NCBI RefSeq assembly: GCF_000181795.1
Contig: NW_003526940.1
Span: 2,189,854 to 2,253,853, forward strand
Source of the DNA: Trichinella spiralis
Taxonomy: Eukaryota
DNA length: 64,000 bases
Direction: 5' to 3'
A program made the position numbers and the translations under genes. This document shows positions 15,059 to 27,500 of the stretch, in pieces. The notes under the pieces were generated by a model. The model searched no databases. It was not told where the DNA came from and was given only the letters and a program-made list of their open reading frames with translations. Numbering within the stretch: the stretch's first letter is position 1; each line of letters starts with the position of its first letter.

Positions 15059-18000
15059 TTACGATCTTGATCTTCGGTGTCTAGATGAATAATATCTACG
15101 CGTAGAAGTGGTGGAACGTGATGATCGCGATCGAGACGTTCGTTTTCTTGATCTACTTCTTCTTCGTCTACGATCTTCTGTACTTCTTCTATGTCGACTG
15201 TGGGATGATGACTTCGATCGCCGCCGACGTCGACTTCGAGACCGTTCGTTCAGCTTCATGCATTTCGCGTACGAAAGCGGTAATTTGTCGAAATTCATCA
15301 GCCTCCCTTTGCTCTCCTCCTCCTTCTTCTTCTTCCTCTTCTTCTTCTTCTCACTTCCATAGCAAGCGTTAGATGATGGACCAATTAAAGTACTTTCTGA
15401 AGATTCCGAGTCGCACAGTTCACCCTCTGATATATGGCCGTGTTTTTTCACTTTTTCTTCATCAACGCAGCTTTTTTCCCTTTTGCGTATTTTCTTTGCA
15501 AACTCATCTACAAATTTTTTCGCTCGATATCGACGTGCCCGTTTTAAATTTAAATCTTCTTCAACATTCTTCTGCTCCTTTTTGCCGACTTCCGGAAAAG
15601 CCGTAATTTCTCTTCGCATGTATTCGTCAACGCTTTTCACTGTACTTTCTGTTCCATCGCCACTTCCATCAACGAACTTGCAATCAAATTTTTCAGCACA
15701 GTCACTCATCAATACATCCGAATCCGACTGCAATGACAGATTAATCGTTTCGTCTTGATGCGCATCCAAGTTCGCTTTATCCACCATCGAACAAGTCTCT
15801 TCCTGATTTTTCGCCTTGATTGTAAAACACACCGGTCCAACAGATCCCATTTCGGTTGGCTTCTTCTCACTGACCTGCAAGAATAAGCAACAACAACAAA
15901 CTGAGATCTTGAAAAATATTTCCACAGAAATAAATATTTATTTACAGATGAACTTGCTGCTGCTGAAGTCAAGTGATCCGAAGAATAGACTGTCTTTGTC
16001 TTCTTCAAATTCAACGTTTCTTCTTGGTTTTCCACGGCAGGTGGGGGAGGAGTGGATCGCGGTGGAGGCGGAGGCTGCGGTACGAATCCATAATATGATA
16101 AGTAATTCAACGACATCGGTACACCTTCAACAAATTGGTTTTGGACGTTTTGCTGTAAGCGAGCAATGCAATTTTCACTTTCGTAATTTTGCAGCAACGC
16201 CATGTAATAAGGATTGTATTTGTTGCTTGGGTCGATGAATGAAAATCTTGGATCGTTGCGTTCGCGCAAAATTTGCTCAAACTGAGGTCCATTTCTGGCT
16301 ACATAAGCGGCAACACGATCGACTACGGGATACAAATCCGGCGGCGGTGGCAAAAGGAGACCTTCAGCTGAGCCACCAGTTTCTTTCCCTTTTGCCGTCT
16401 AAAATTTAAATTCTATTTACTGAATTTTTCATTTTCATCGCTTCAATTTTCGAAACGTACAGAAACAGCAGCAGCCAACTGTGGGCAAACAGCAACCAAA
16501 CCGTTAAACAACTCCGAATAAACGTCGTTCTCTTCACCAAGACGATACGATGTCTTCGGAAGAGAAAGTGGTTCAGTATCTTTTGCAACAGCAGTTTTTC
16601 CTGCGCCACCCATAAGACTTGGATGCAAGTAGTGCTCACTACTATCATCACTATCAGATTCACTTTCTAAAAACATTATCACTCAGTTGTACAATGATAA
16701 ATATTCGAACAATTCATCATCGTCATTTTTTACCAGGAGCTGGATCCTTTTTCACAACAACTGGAGTGTATCGTTTCTCCTTGATCATTTTCAAAACATG
16801 CTTGTAATATTTATTCAATGGATGATTCCAATCAAGGAAACGAAATTGTGGATTGCTTTTCTGCTTTGCGTTCACAATTATTTCCATTTGACTTCCTTGC
16901 TCAGCAATGAAAGCAGCCGTTTTTTCAATTATAATCCCTTCTTTTACTGTTTTTGGCTGTAAAATATCCCTGTAACTAAAACAACAAAAAGAAAAAAATA
17001 AAGTAAAACTGCAAACCATCGTCACTCCAACCGGAACTTTCAATTCTGCGGGTGGAACAAACTGCTCTTTTTGCTCGTCTTCTGTTCCTTCTGCTTCTTC
17101 TTTAGGTTGACAGCCGTGCTGTGGCTTGGATTCCAAATCATCATAGTTGAAATAAATCTCAGTACCCATTCTTTTTTCATTTTCAACCTTTGGAGCTAAA
17201 ATTCAAATGTGGTGTAAAGTACTTGGAATAGAATATTTAAAATTAGTATCTCATTATATCATATCATATTATCTGATATCATTGAATCTGAAAATAAATT
17301 ATTTCAAGTTCAGAAGCAATCGTACTTTCACAAGTTAATTTAAAGTCGCGATATCGTTCAGCATCGAGAAGCGCTTCCAAACTTCTATCTGCAATAAGCA
17401 ACGACTGTTCAACTTTTGAGGCGTCATATTTCTCCAAGTTGGATAACTGCAATCGACAATCAAACCTAAATTTAAAATAACTATAAATTTCCATGCAATT
17501 AGAAAATTAAAAATTAATAATGTCTTTAACACAAAAAATCATAACTTAAACGTTACACTTACGCATATACCAATGCTTATCTATGTTTGTAAACCAAGCG
17601 TATTAAAGCAACAACCAAAACAATTCTAAAAGTAAATATAGCAATATTATTTGATGATAAAATCAATGCAAAAAAACAATTATCCGCTCTAAAATAAAAA
17701 TTGACAAAATATCATTTTCACATGCTTCCTTTAAAAAACGACATTTACAACAAATCAAAAAGTTGAAGGGAAAACTCAAAAAGAAACAAAACAACTCTCT
17801 TAATTACTGCTATTAAACAAAAAGCACATCTTTATGACTTAACTTTGAAAAACCGTTATTAAACTTATCTCAACAATTTTACACAAACTTCAAAACAAAT
17901 CTGAAAAAATTAACTCCTGAAATCTTCACTGAAAAAAGCTGAACAGCTCAATCAACAAAATCGACAGCTAAAATTATCAGAAAACTAAAAGAAAAATAAC

Positions 18001-18300
18001 AAAAAATACTTACTCTTTAATAAAATCCATCTGATAACCAAACAGAGACATGATTCTTAAATGAAAAATTAAATCTCTCGAGTTGATCAGTTGCACATTT
18101 ACAACAGCTATGGATCATTGACAAAACAGTTAATAAACCAACCTGTCTACGAGTATTTTCCGATTGCAGTGCAGTGGAATCAGATCTGCAGATTCGTCAG
18201 CACAATCTCTGCCTCCTCGGGAATCAAATAATTTGCAAGGATAGCCAAATGCAAGAAATTCGTCCGACGATTCTTCCTGAAGCAAAGAATTCCGATGCAT
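15059..18300 (-). CDS. SFSWAP: Splicing factor suppressor of white-apricot homolog (DRY_EERY, two SURP domains, RS tail)
   Basis: Exon 1 (18300-18143) MHRN...FLAFGYPCKLF...ILVDR joins exon 2 at 17465, FDCRLQL...LDAERYRD. SURP1 IIEKTAAFIAEQGSQMEIIVNAKQKSNPQFRFLDWNHPLNKYYK, HYLHPSL motif, SURP2 VVDRVAAYVARNGPQFEQILRERNDPRFSFIDPSNKYNPYY, and an Arg/Ser-rich C-terminus. Confidence 0.94.
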
Positions 18301-18660
18301 TTTCTAGCCCAACTTCTATCTTATAACAACTACTGTGAGCTACAGTAATTAAACAAACTTGAACATCGTCATTTCATGCTTTTGTATGCACCGCATAATG
18401 AAAATTTCAATTATTAAAAAAATTGATACATTCAGCTTATAAATTGAATGTAAAATCTGTAAATAAATCTTATGAATTTCAGTAAAATTTCAGATTTTAC
18501 AAACTGCTGTATACCAATTCCATACTGTACTATTCAATAATACTTGCATATCATTATTACTGTACCTGTGACTTCTAATTTGTTATTGGGTAACGCACTT
18601 AACGTAACGTCGAGTTAGTGACTTCAGAACACAATACGAACAGTATTCATCATTTTAAAT

Positions 18661-19140
18661 CAGTGGTTCTCAAACTTTCTCTGCTGTGACCTACTGTTTG
18701 AAACGGTAATTTTTCACGACCCACCGACTCGCAATGCATACTTTAAAAGGAAAGTGGGTTTAATAAAAAATATTAGTTTAATACCTTTAAATTGTTTAAT
18801 GAATCAACTTCATTATAATGTATAAGTTTATTAGTTAAATGTATAATGAGATATGTGATCAATGGGCTTCTTTTCTGTTTTGACTGATGACTAAATTTGT
18901 CGTCCACAGTAAAACGTGTTAGTTTTACAAGCAAGATGTTTGATAATTGTAGCTTATTTATAAATTTGCTTATGATTGCAATCATTGCTGAAAATTCAAT
19001 TTCGAACATATACGAAGTAGTAAAAAGAAGCAGCACTTTTAAAATTATTAAAGTTGAAGCGTCTTTAATGCAAATATGTAAAGCACACTTCATACTATTT
19101 GTTGAAACAAATTTCATCAAAATTGAACATATTTTAAAAT
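18661..19140 (-). mobile_element. Truncated hAT (Charlie/Buster-type) DNA transposon, 3' end with degenerate dimerisation-domain coding remnant
   Basis: Terminus CAGTGGTTCTCAAACTTT at 18661. Minus-strand translation LKVLLLFTTSYMFEIEFSAMIAIISKFINKLQL resembles the hAT C-terminal LLPFxTTYLCExGFS...KxKxRNRL motif. The partner TIR was not found. Confidence 0.75.
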
Positions 19141-20890
19141 TTTCACAGGATTTTTTTTTCTAATGCGGGATAGAATCATAGAATCTACCAGGAGAATCCA
19201 ACAACGTCTATAATGCCAACAATTCATCAGAGGTATAATACACTTATCTGTATTAGAAACTGAATCAATTATCATTTATGTCAGAAGAAAAATTTCTATA
19301 CTGATTATAAAAATGAAAAGTTAATGATTTCCATAAATACTGTTCAAAAGGATGTCAACCAGCAGTTGCTTCGCTCGTCAGATAAATTACATGCTTGCTC
19401 GCAATTTTAAGAATTATGTGCATTTAGTGCGTTCTCGTTTGTCATAATGGATGAATTGGTAGAGCCGATTTTAGTACAATTCGAAAACAAACAACCGACA
19501 AATTATCCTCAGCGCAGTTGTTAGCTAAAACTAGGAATGAGAACTACTCAATGTTATCATTTTTCAAATTTTAGCACAACTGTTTTTTTCTAATCTTTCT
19601 TCTTTGCAGTCAAAAAATTTGCTTTCATCTTCACAAAGTTTCTTTTGCCCTCCTTGATCTTTCTTGTTTTTATTTAAAGAAAAAAATATATCTGAAATTT
19701 TATTTGCGAATAAAATTACATACTTGTTCATACATGTTGTGCAAATTGTGTAAAATTTGTTTTTGAATATCCAGTATATAACTGGGTTGACCAACAATCA
19801 AGTTCCGATACTTGTATTTCAATGATAAAGAAATATTCAAAACCAAAATATACGCTTATAATTTTGCTGATCTAGTGCATTTTTAAAATCATTTTATCCA
19901 ACACAAAGTCAAAGAAAGTTGGTCTTCTGTTCCCAGTTTTATCCATCACGGTTGTTTTTGATATCTTCCCATAGCACTGTATATGCTCTACCGAAATATG
20001 ATCATTGCTAAGTATTCTCGTATTGGAACCTTCGCAACCTTTAATGTCATCTTGCTCCCACGGGTTTTAATTGAATATTTTGCTTTTTCGAATTGGTTAC
20101 TAGCTTAAAGTGATATCAAAATAATCATTTTATTTGACTATGGATGCATAAATAATTTCTGTAATATATTTGATGAGAGAATTCTTCTGGCATTTTTTAA
20201 TCTGTTACTGCTTATTCGTTATTATGTGTATGTATTTCTGGCTAAATAAACGATATTATTCCCTAGGCTGGGGCGACAATTGTACAAAGGAAATAGATCG
20301 TAGATTATTATATAAATGTTTTACTACACAGACTATAAAAACAGTTTTACAATCCAGATTCTAGAAGAACGAGTTCTATAATAGATCACACTTGGGGAAT
20401 TGACAAGTTTAACCGTATTCTCTGGCATATCGCAACTTGCACATTAGCATTAAGCAACCCATACAGCAGTGGCGCAGTAGCAACTTTTCAAAGTTGCTGA
20501 ACGCAAATAAATTTTAGCAACACTGTCAAGAAAATTCAGAATTTGTTTGAATAATTGGCAATTCGGCGCTAACAGTTTTAACTGATTTACAGATGGCGTC
20601 ATCACCGATGTTGTTAAACCAATCAATAGATAGCGCGTTCAACGAACGACCAGTAAGAAAAGGCTGTGAAAACTTGGCCCAAAGTAGACCATCCCACATT
20701 CATCTTTATAGCAGCATCTTTCTGTCTTTGGACAATGCATTCCACTGCACTATACTGCAGTTGCATATTTATTGAACTAATAAATATATTCAGAATATTT
20801 TATTTGAAACGCATAAAATAAACTTTTTGAAACATAAATCTTTTAAAAACAAACGAAAATTGAAAAATAAACAAAAATCTCTTCCCAATG

Positions 20891-23374
20891 TTATGCTTCA
20901 GAGATTTGTGATATAAATAATTGTTTCATCTTTTGCCTTGCTCTTAAATGCATGAGTTTCAGCAACAACGAAGTTCGGTCGTTTTGCAGCTTCTTCCTGA
21001 AACTCGATTTATTTTATTACATTACTTTTGTCCAATGCATTTTCGTTGAATAGCGATCCAATAAATAAATAATTTGCAGATACATCTCATAAGCAACCAA
21101 TTTTTTTATTTTTGCTCAAATAATGTTTTTTTAGCATACAAATTAAATCATATAATCGACTTTATCATAATTTTGAAATTAGAATCTGTTATAATGTTAT
21201 TATTGCTAATTTTGGACATGTTGCCATATGACAAGAACGGCCGAGAAAGGGTTAAAGGAAATCAGAATTTTAAACGCAAATGGTTTTTCTCCCTTATAAA
21301 TAAAAAATATACTTTTACCCTTTAAAAAACTAAAATCACAAACAATTTAAAAAACTGACATGCTTACATGATAATTTTCATCAGTAATGGTGACGGCAAG
21401 GCGTTCAACTCCTTATGTTTTTCAATTTCAGTCAACTTCTCTGCAGTCGTTTTTTGCAGCTGCTCTTTTTGTACAATAAGCGCTTTATCTGAAATCAGAA
21501 AAAACGTATTTCATACAAAAATGATTCCAACAAAATATCCTTAAAATGTCAGGGATAAAGATGGGAATTCAGTTCATATGGTGAAAATATACTTATAGTT
21601 GATGTTATGTCAATATTCACTATATAACGAAACTATCATTTAAAAACTTTCGTTTGAAACCCGAAAAAACTTAAATTCGTTTTACGATCCATTCGCTTTT
21701 TAATTTTTAAAGTCAAATTTTAAACTCATCTTCATATTTACTTACATTATTAACTAAAACAACTATCAATGTACATTACTGAAAACTACTTTGCATAGTA
21801 CAATTAATTAAATCTGAAAACTTACATTCTTCTGTCCGTTGTTCTATTTCTTTATCCAAATTTTCACAGCCAGTTTTGCATTTGTTAACATCCTGAAATT
21901 ATACAAAACAAGCTGTGAATAGTTGAATTTATTGTTAAAAAATTTTCTTACATAAAATTCATACAATTCATTAGCTCCATCAACAGCAGCAATCAACTTT
22001 TTGATTCCATTTTCTCTAAATACATTCTTTTAACAAAAAACAACTATGCCCTCAAATTATCGAAATTTACACATCTTCATCATCTTTCTCTCGCAAGTTA
22101 TTTAATGTTTCTTCCACTTCTGATATATCATTCAATAAATTTGTATTAAACTCCCGAAGTCTAAAAATAATAGTTTAAACATAAAAACAGCAAAGCTACC
22201 TACCTATTTATATTACATACATTTTTTCTTCTTTACGCAATTCTGAAAGATACGAAGCTGATGAATCAATATCATCTAAAACATTAAATTTCATTTCCAT
22301 GAACACTATGTTAAATATTGGATGCTTCAGAAAGTTTATTACTGTTTATCATGGAGAAAAAATTACTTCTGTTTTCTTTTATTATTCATCATTTTCATTC
22401 AAATAGGGTTTAAAATCTATTATATTACATCGAACATTAAAAAAAAATTTTCTGTCAAATACAGTATCCCCAAAATATGGAAGATTCAAACATTTTTCTG
22501 TTCGAAATGTAATATTTGAGAAATATTTACTGGCATGTAAAAGAAAACTGCAATTTTAAACCTTTCTTTGTCGGTATTATACATACTTTGCAATTCAAGT
22601 TGCCTTCGCTTCACAGCAGCAATTTCTCTCATAACTATAAGAAGAATTTGAAATTTATTAACAAATGAAAGTAAATAATAAAAGCTAATTTTAATAATTA
22701 CCATTTTTTAAATGCAATGTTATTTTAATAAATTAGACTATTTCATAAAAAAAATAAACGAAAAATAGATAGTTGACGATCTACTCGCACAATATGCGCA
22801 ACATAGTTGAAAGATAGTGTAAATTACAATCCCCGTTAATCACAAATTTAATTGATTAAAAATTAAAATAAATATGATTAAAAATTCACATCAAATTACA
22901 AAAAATTGCTTCAAAATCTCACCCTCTTCCTGCTGAGCATGTATTTCGTCGTTTTCCTTAATACATTTATTCAACTCTTCTTCTATAGCCAAATGTTCTA
23001 AAATTATCTCGAAATTAAATCAGTGAAAAAACATCACGTCACATTTCTCACCTTGTTGAAGAATGTCCAACGCTTCAGAAATTTCTAAAAAGTGTTTTCT
23101 GCTATATTAATTATTTATTATTACATTTGCATCTAAATTATTTTGAAAATCATATTACAGTTACATATGAAATTATCAACAAGGTCTTCGAATAATTTTT
23201 ACAATGTTTACACAACTAGAAAAAACATTTTTTAGTCATTTCATCGAAAATTTAAAATTGCAACAACAACAACAAATTTTTAGTAGTATAATCAGTTAGA
23301 AAAAGTAAAACATAAATTAATATTTCAGTACCATTGCGCATTTCTGAATTCAATTCAGACAAACCGAAATCCAT
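20891..23374 (-). CDS. Uncharacterised coiled-coil protein, 9 exons, roughly 245 aa
   Basis: Nine GT-AG exons join in frame: MDFGLSELNSEMRN|EISEALDILQQ|EHLAIEEELNKCIKENDEIHAQQEE|VMREIAAVKRRQLELQ|NDIDSSASYLSELRKEEK|ILREFNTNLLNDISEVEETLNNLREKDDED|VENGIKKLIAAVDGANELYEFY|DVNKCK...QRTEE|YKALIVQKEQLQK...LLMKII then MKKLQNDRTSLLLKLMHLRARQKMKQLFISQISEA, stop at 20891-20893. An extra exon is possible and the family was not recognised. Confidence 0.75.
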
Positions 23375-23603
23375 AATTGAATATTTCTGCCTGAACAAAA
23401 AAATTTAAATTTTAAACGAAACAATATAAGCATGCAGTCATCAAATGTAAAGCCTGTTGCAATGAAACTTAATAAATGGATTATCACAAAATACTTAGAA
23501 ATAAATTACGCTATTTTAAATTTTCTTGCTGACATGCTAGAAAAACGAATATGCACATCTCCACAGACAATTCTTATTCATAAAAGTATGATATTAACTG
23601 CAA

Positions 23604-23606
<3 letters not shown>

Positions 23607-23642
<36 letters not shown>
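23607..23642. repeat. (AT)n microsatellite
   Basis: Uninterrupted AT dinucleotide run of about 36 nt. Confidence 0.95.
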
Positions 23643-23644
<2 letters not shown>

Positions 23645-24548
23645 CGATCAGAAACATAAAAGCATAGAAATTAACATGGAATTTTACGAATAAAACTGTT
23701 TCAGTTTGCTTCATTTCACATTTGAAGTATATTTTACAGTTTCAATACACTCTTAGAAGCAATTATTATATTATTATTAATTCTTAAATTTTATAATTAA
23801 ATTTTATTAAATAATTATGAAAACAATATCTGTATAATGTTTATAATTCATCATTCATATGTATTTAGTGCTTTTGTAAAAGAGAAAGTCAGGTATTATT
23901 TTTCAAAAATCCAAAAATTCAATTAAGAAATAAAAAAGAATAAATAATTTAAATTTTAAACACATTTTTTAAAGTTAATAAATAATGCTGACTAAATAAA
24001 AAATATAAACTTTTTTCCTACAATGGTTTGATGTTTTTTAAACGTTTTGTTTATATCTAAACAGCTAAACAAGTATAAAAAATTCATAAATTTTATTTTA
24101 AATGTAAAAATGTTAAACGTCAAATCTGATGAAAAGATTTTAAACAAAGTGTCTATTCATTTAAAGTGTGAAAAGGTATTTTGAACAATAGCAAACATTT
24201 CATTCAGTTTAATTTAATTCACTTTAATACAAATTACGAAATTATGAATTATAGTAGTACACAATAATAAATTGTATAATTTAATATAATTATCATGACT
24301 TTGTGAAGTAAGTTGGAACAACTAGAAACTGTTGATGCATACTGAAATGACAATTTTTATCATTAAGTTATATATTTGAATAATATTGAAATTCAAACTG
24401 ATGCTCTTAAATTTTGTTGAATCTGATTTATGTAGAAAAAAAATTTCCAGATTTTCTTATTAGAAACAACAATTAAGTGCGATTTATTATTTAAAAAAGT
24501 TGGCGAACAACAAAGAAAAAGATTAATAATCAAAGAAAGAAAGTTATA

Positions 24549-27500
24549 TCATGCAGTGTACATCATGTTGGAAAATTTTTGGTGTGATGTAGGAATTTGG
24601 GATGGATAAAATCCTGTTGACAATGGACTGTTGCCATTCCAATAATTTCTGGGTTGTGACATCAAATGAGGATGACCCATCGTTGGCACTGAACAGAATG
24701 TATTTGCCTGGCCGCCATTTGCAACGGGATGTTGGTTTCCGGTAGACGGTAAACAAAGAAATTTTGCTTGCATCGCTGCTGCATGACGATAATTTGAAAA
24801 AATATCCGAAGAATAAGACGGTATAGGAAGTTGTAATTCTGGCAACGATGCTTGACAAGCCTGAGCTAATCCATGAAATTCAAATTTATATGCGTAGCGT
24901 TTACCATGAACTTTGGTCATAATGTTTTTGTCATAATAATAACGCAACGCTCGACTCAGCTTATCATAATTCATATTTGGCTTGCTTTTCCGCTCGCCCC
25001 ATCTTCTAGCTACTTCTTCAGGATCGATCAACTTAAATTCACCATTAATTCCTTCCCAAGTAATAAAAGCTGCATTGGAATTATCTGAAAGAAGTTCCAA
25101 CAAAAACTGCCAAAGTTGTATTTGTCCAGTTCCTAAAATTGGAAAAATATACATATGTAAATATGTATTCTCTTTAAGTAAAAATTTATACTGTAAATTT
25201 TATTCAGTGCAATTGAATGCGTTCAGCAAATGTTTCCTGTTTAACAACAATGAATTTACTTTTTGCCTCTTTTATTCCATTATTATTTTTATAGTAGATT
25301 ATTTGTCTTTGTTGTTCAACAAAAAATTAATAATACCAAATTTACTGACGTCCATCTCTTATTTTCCGAACAGCATGCAGCTTTGACTTGCATGGCATAC
25401 ATTTACTAAACTTACTTCAGTTTGTTGAATAATCAAACTGCAAATTCAACTATTCGATGGTAAAGTAACATTTGCCTGAATAACATGCTAATAAAAATTG
25501 CATTTATAGTCCATTTGTCACATGAAACAAATTGCAAGCCTAAATTGTTGATAAACCGAAACTTCAGTATATAAATGTAATTATAAATTTTACTTATTTA
25601 TAGCGCATGTTATTGCTCACACTTTTACATTCATATTTGATTACTGTCTTGGAACATTTCCTTGCATAATGTTTGAATAAATGGTTTATTCATTTCAAAA
25701 ATATTCCATTGTAAATATTTATCTTCTAAGATAATGAAAAAGTATTGAATATTTTATTAAATTTTTTTTTAAATCAAGTTTATCGGCATTAAATTGAATA
25801 TAACATTTGAAACGACAGATAGGCTTTTTTTGATTATTGATTTTCCATTTTGTTTTTGCTTTTCTTTGCAATTTAACAGTAATGTTCAGAAAAGCTATAG
25901 GTGTAATTTTTGATTTTCTTGTTTCTATTAAAAATGCAAAAAAGCAATACTGTAAGTTTGCATCATTAATGCATGAGAAGCTGCTTGTCGTGACTGAAAC
26001 ATTTGGTCAGTTTTAAATGTAAAGGTGACCAATTTGATTCGTTTTTCATCAGTCGATTTGGCAATAATTTGCAAGCCGTACACTAGGTTTATTCAAAGTA
26101 AATGAAACGGTGCTCGCTTCACAGCGTGACTAAAATCCATTCGACATTTCATATTAAGCTTTTAAAGCTTTCGTGCAGGTTTGTTGAATGAAAGGAAATA
26201 ATTAAGCCAAATATTAATCTTCAAGTGCAGCGGGTGGCATGGCAGATTTCATTCGGCAAGAGGGACCCACCCCGGCATGCTTGTTGATGAATGGCAACGG
26301 GAAATAAATGTTTGCGTCATTATGAAAGCTGAAGCTGTTTCCATTTTTCGAGCAACATGCCCAACTGAGAAGCTGTTAACTCGTTTTGCTGGAACATCCT
26401 GAATCTCTGCAGGCTTTCTTCTTTGCTTACTTTGACTTTCTCCTTCTGTTTATTTCCATTTTTAATTCTTACTTTATATTTGAACTGTTCTACTACTACT
26501 ATTGAAAATTTAATCTTATCTTTTTGAAATTAATTTCATTTCATTTTTCTTTTAATTTTTCAGCAGAGGTAAAATTTCAATAGCTGCTTTTCAAGTACAA
26601 AATAAATTCAAAACGGCTAATAATCAATTCTTGGTAGACTGTATCGATTTAATTGTCAAGCTGAGCACAACCGGTTGTCAGGAAATAAGAAAATTTATCG
26701 TAATTGAACTCATTTACTTGCTCGAAATGGCAGATGTCATTGTGATTACAATAAACACATTATGAACTTACCTGAACCATGATGATTTGATGATGTCAGA
26801 CCGCCAACTGTTGCTGATGTCGTACTGTAACGGATGTTGTATTGTACAAGGTGTCGATGATTGCCAGTTGAAGTCCAGCTAGCTCTTGGAGTTGCATCGT
26901 ACGGTGTACAAGCTGCAAATGCAAAAATTTTTGTCACAACTATTTACATATATTTTTTCCAAAATTTCCACCATGAAATCTGCAGCATTTTATGTTTTTG
27001 TTTTCCTTTTAGCATTGCGTTAATTTACATCATACTGGCAATAATAACTTATAGTTTTAGAATATAAAAATATAGAATTCAAAATTTTTACTGAAATTGC
27101 ATTTTAATAGTTAAATTATCGTCGATACGTCAAATAGAAAAAGATAATTACCAATAAACAAGAGCAAAACTAACGCTTTATGCACATGCATTATGTATAC
27201 GATAAATTCCAATAACAACTTTGGCTATTATTAGTAAACAATTATTTCATAAAATGTTTTAAAATGTATAAAATGATATTTGAAAATGAAATTTTAATTA
27301 GCGCATTAATTGCAAAGCATTAGTAAGCAATATTTGTCTCCCATATATTTGTTGCTTGAAATCATCATCGGGTAAGCTGAAAGTGCAAAAGATTATCAGC
27401 GTTAAAAATATTTTAATTCGAATTTCAAAATTTTAATTAATGTTGCTGTTTTTATAAATTCTCTTTCACTGGTGAAGGAATATGTTGCTCAAACTGCCAA

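Noticed and set aside
15108..16238. Plus-strand ORFs over the SWAP 3' exons
   Set aside because: Antisense shadows of RS-rich and K/E-rich coding sequence.
23160..23215. Possible extra exon (KLFEDLVDNFI) in the coiled-coil gene
   Set aside because: No AG acceptor gives an open frame, and the flanking exons join in frame without it.
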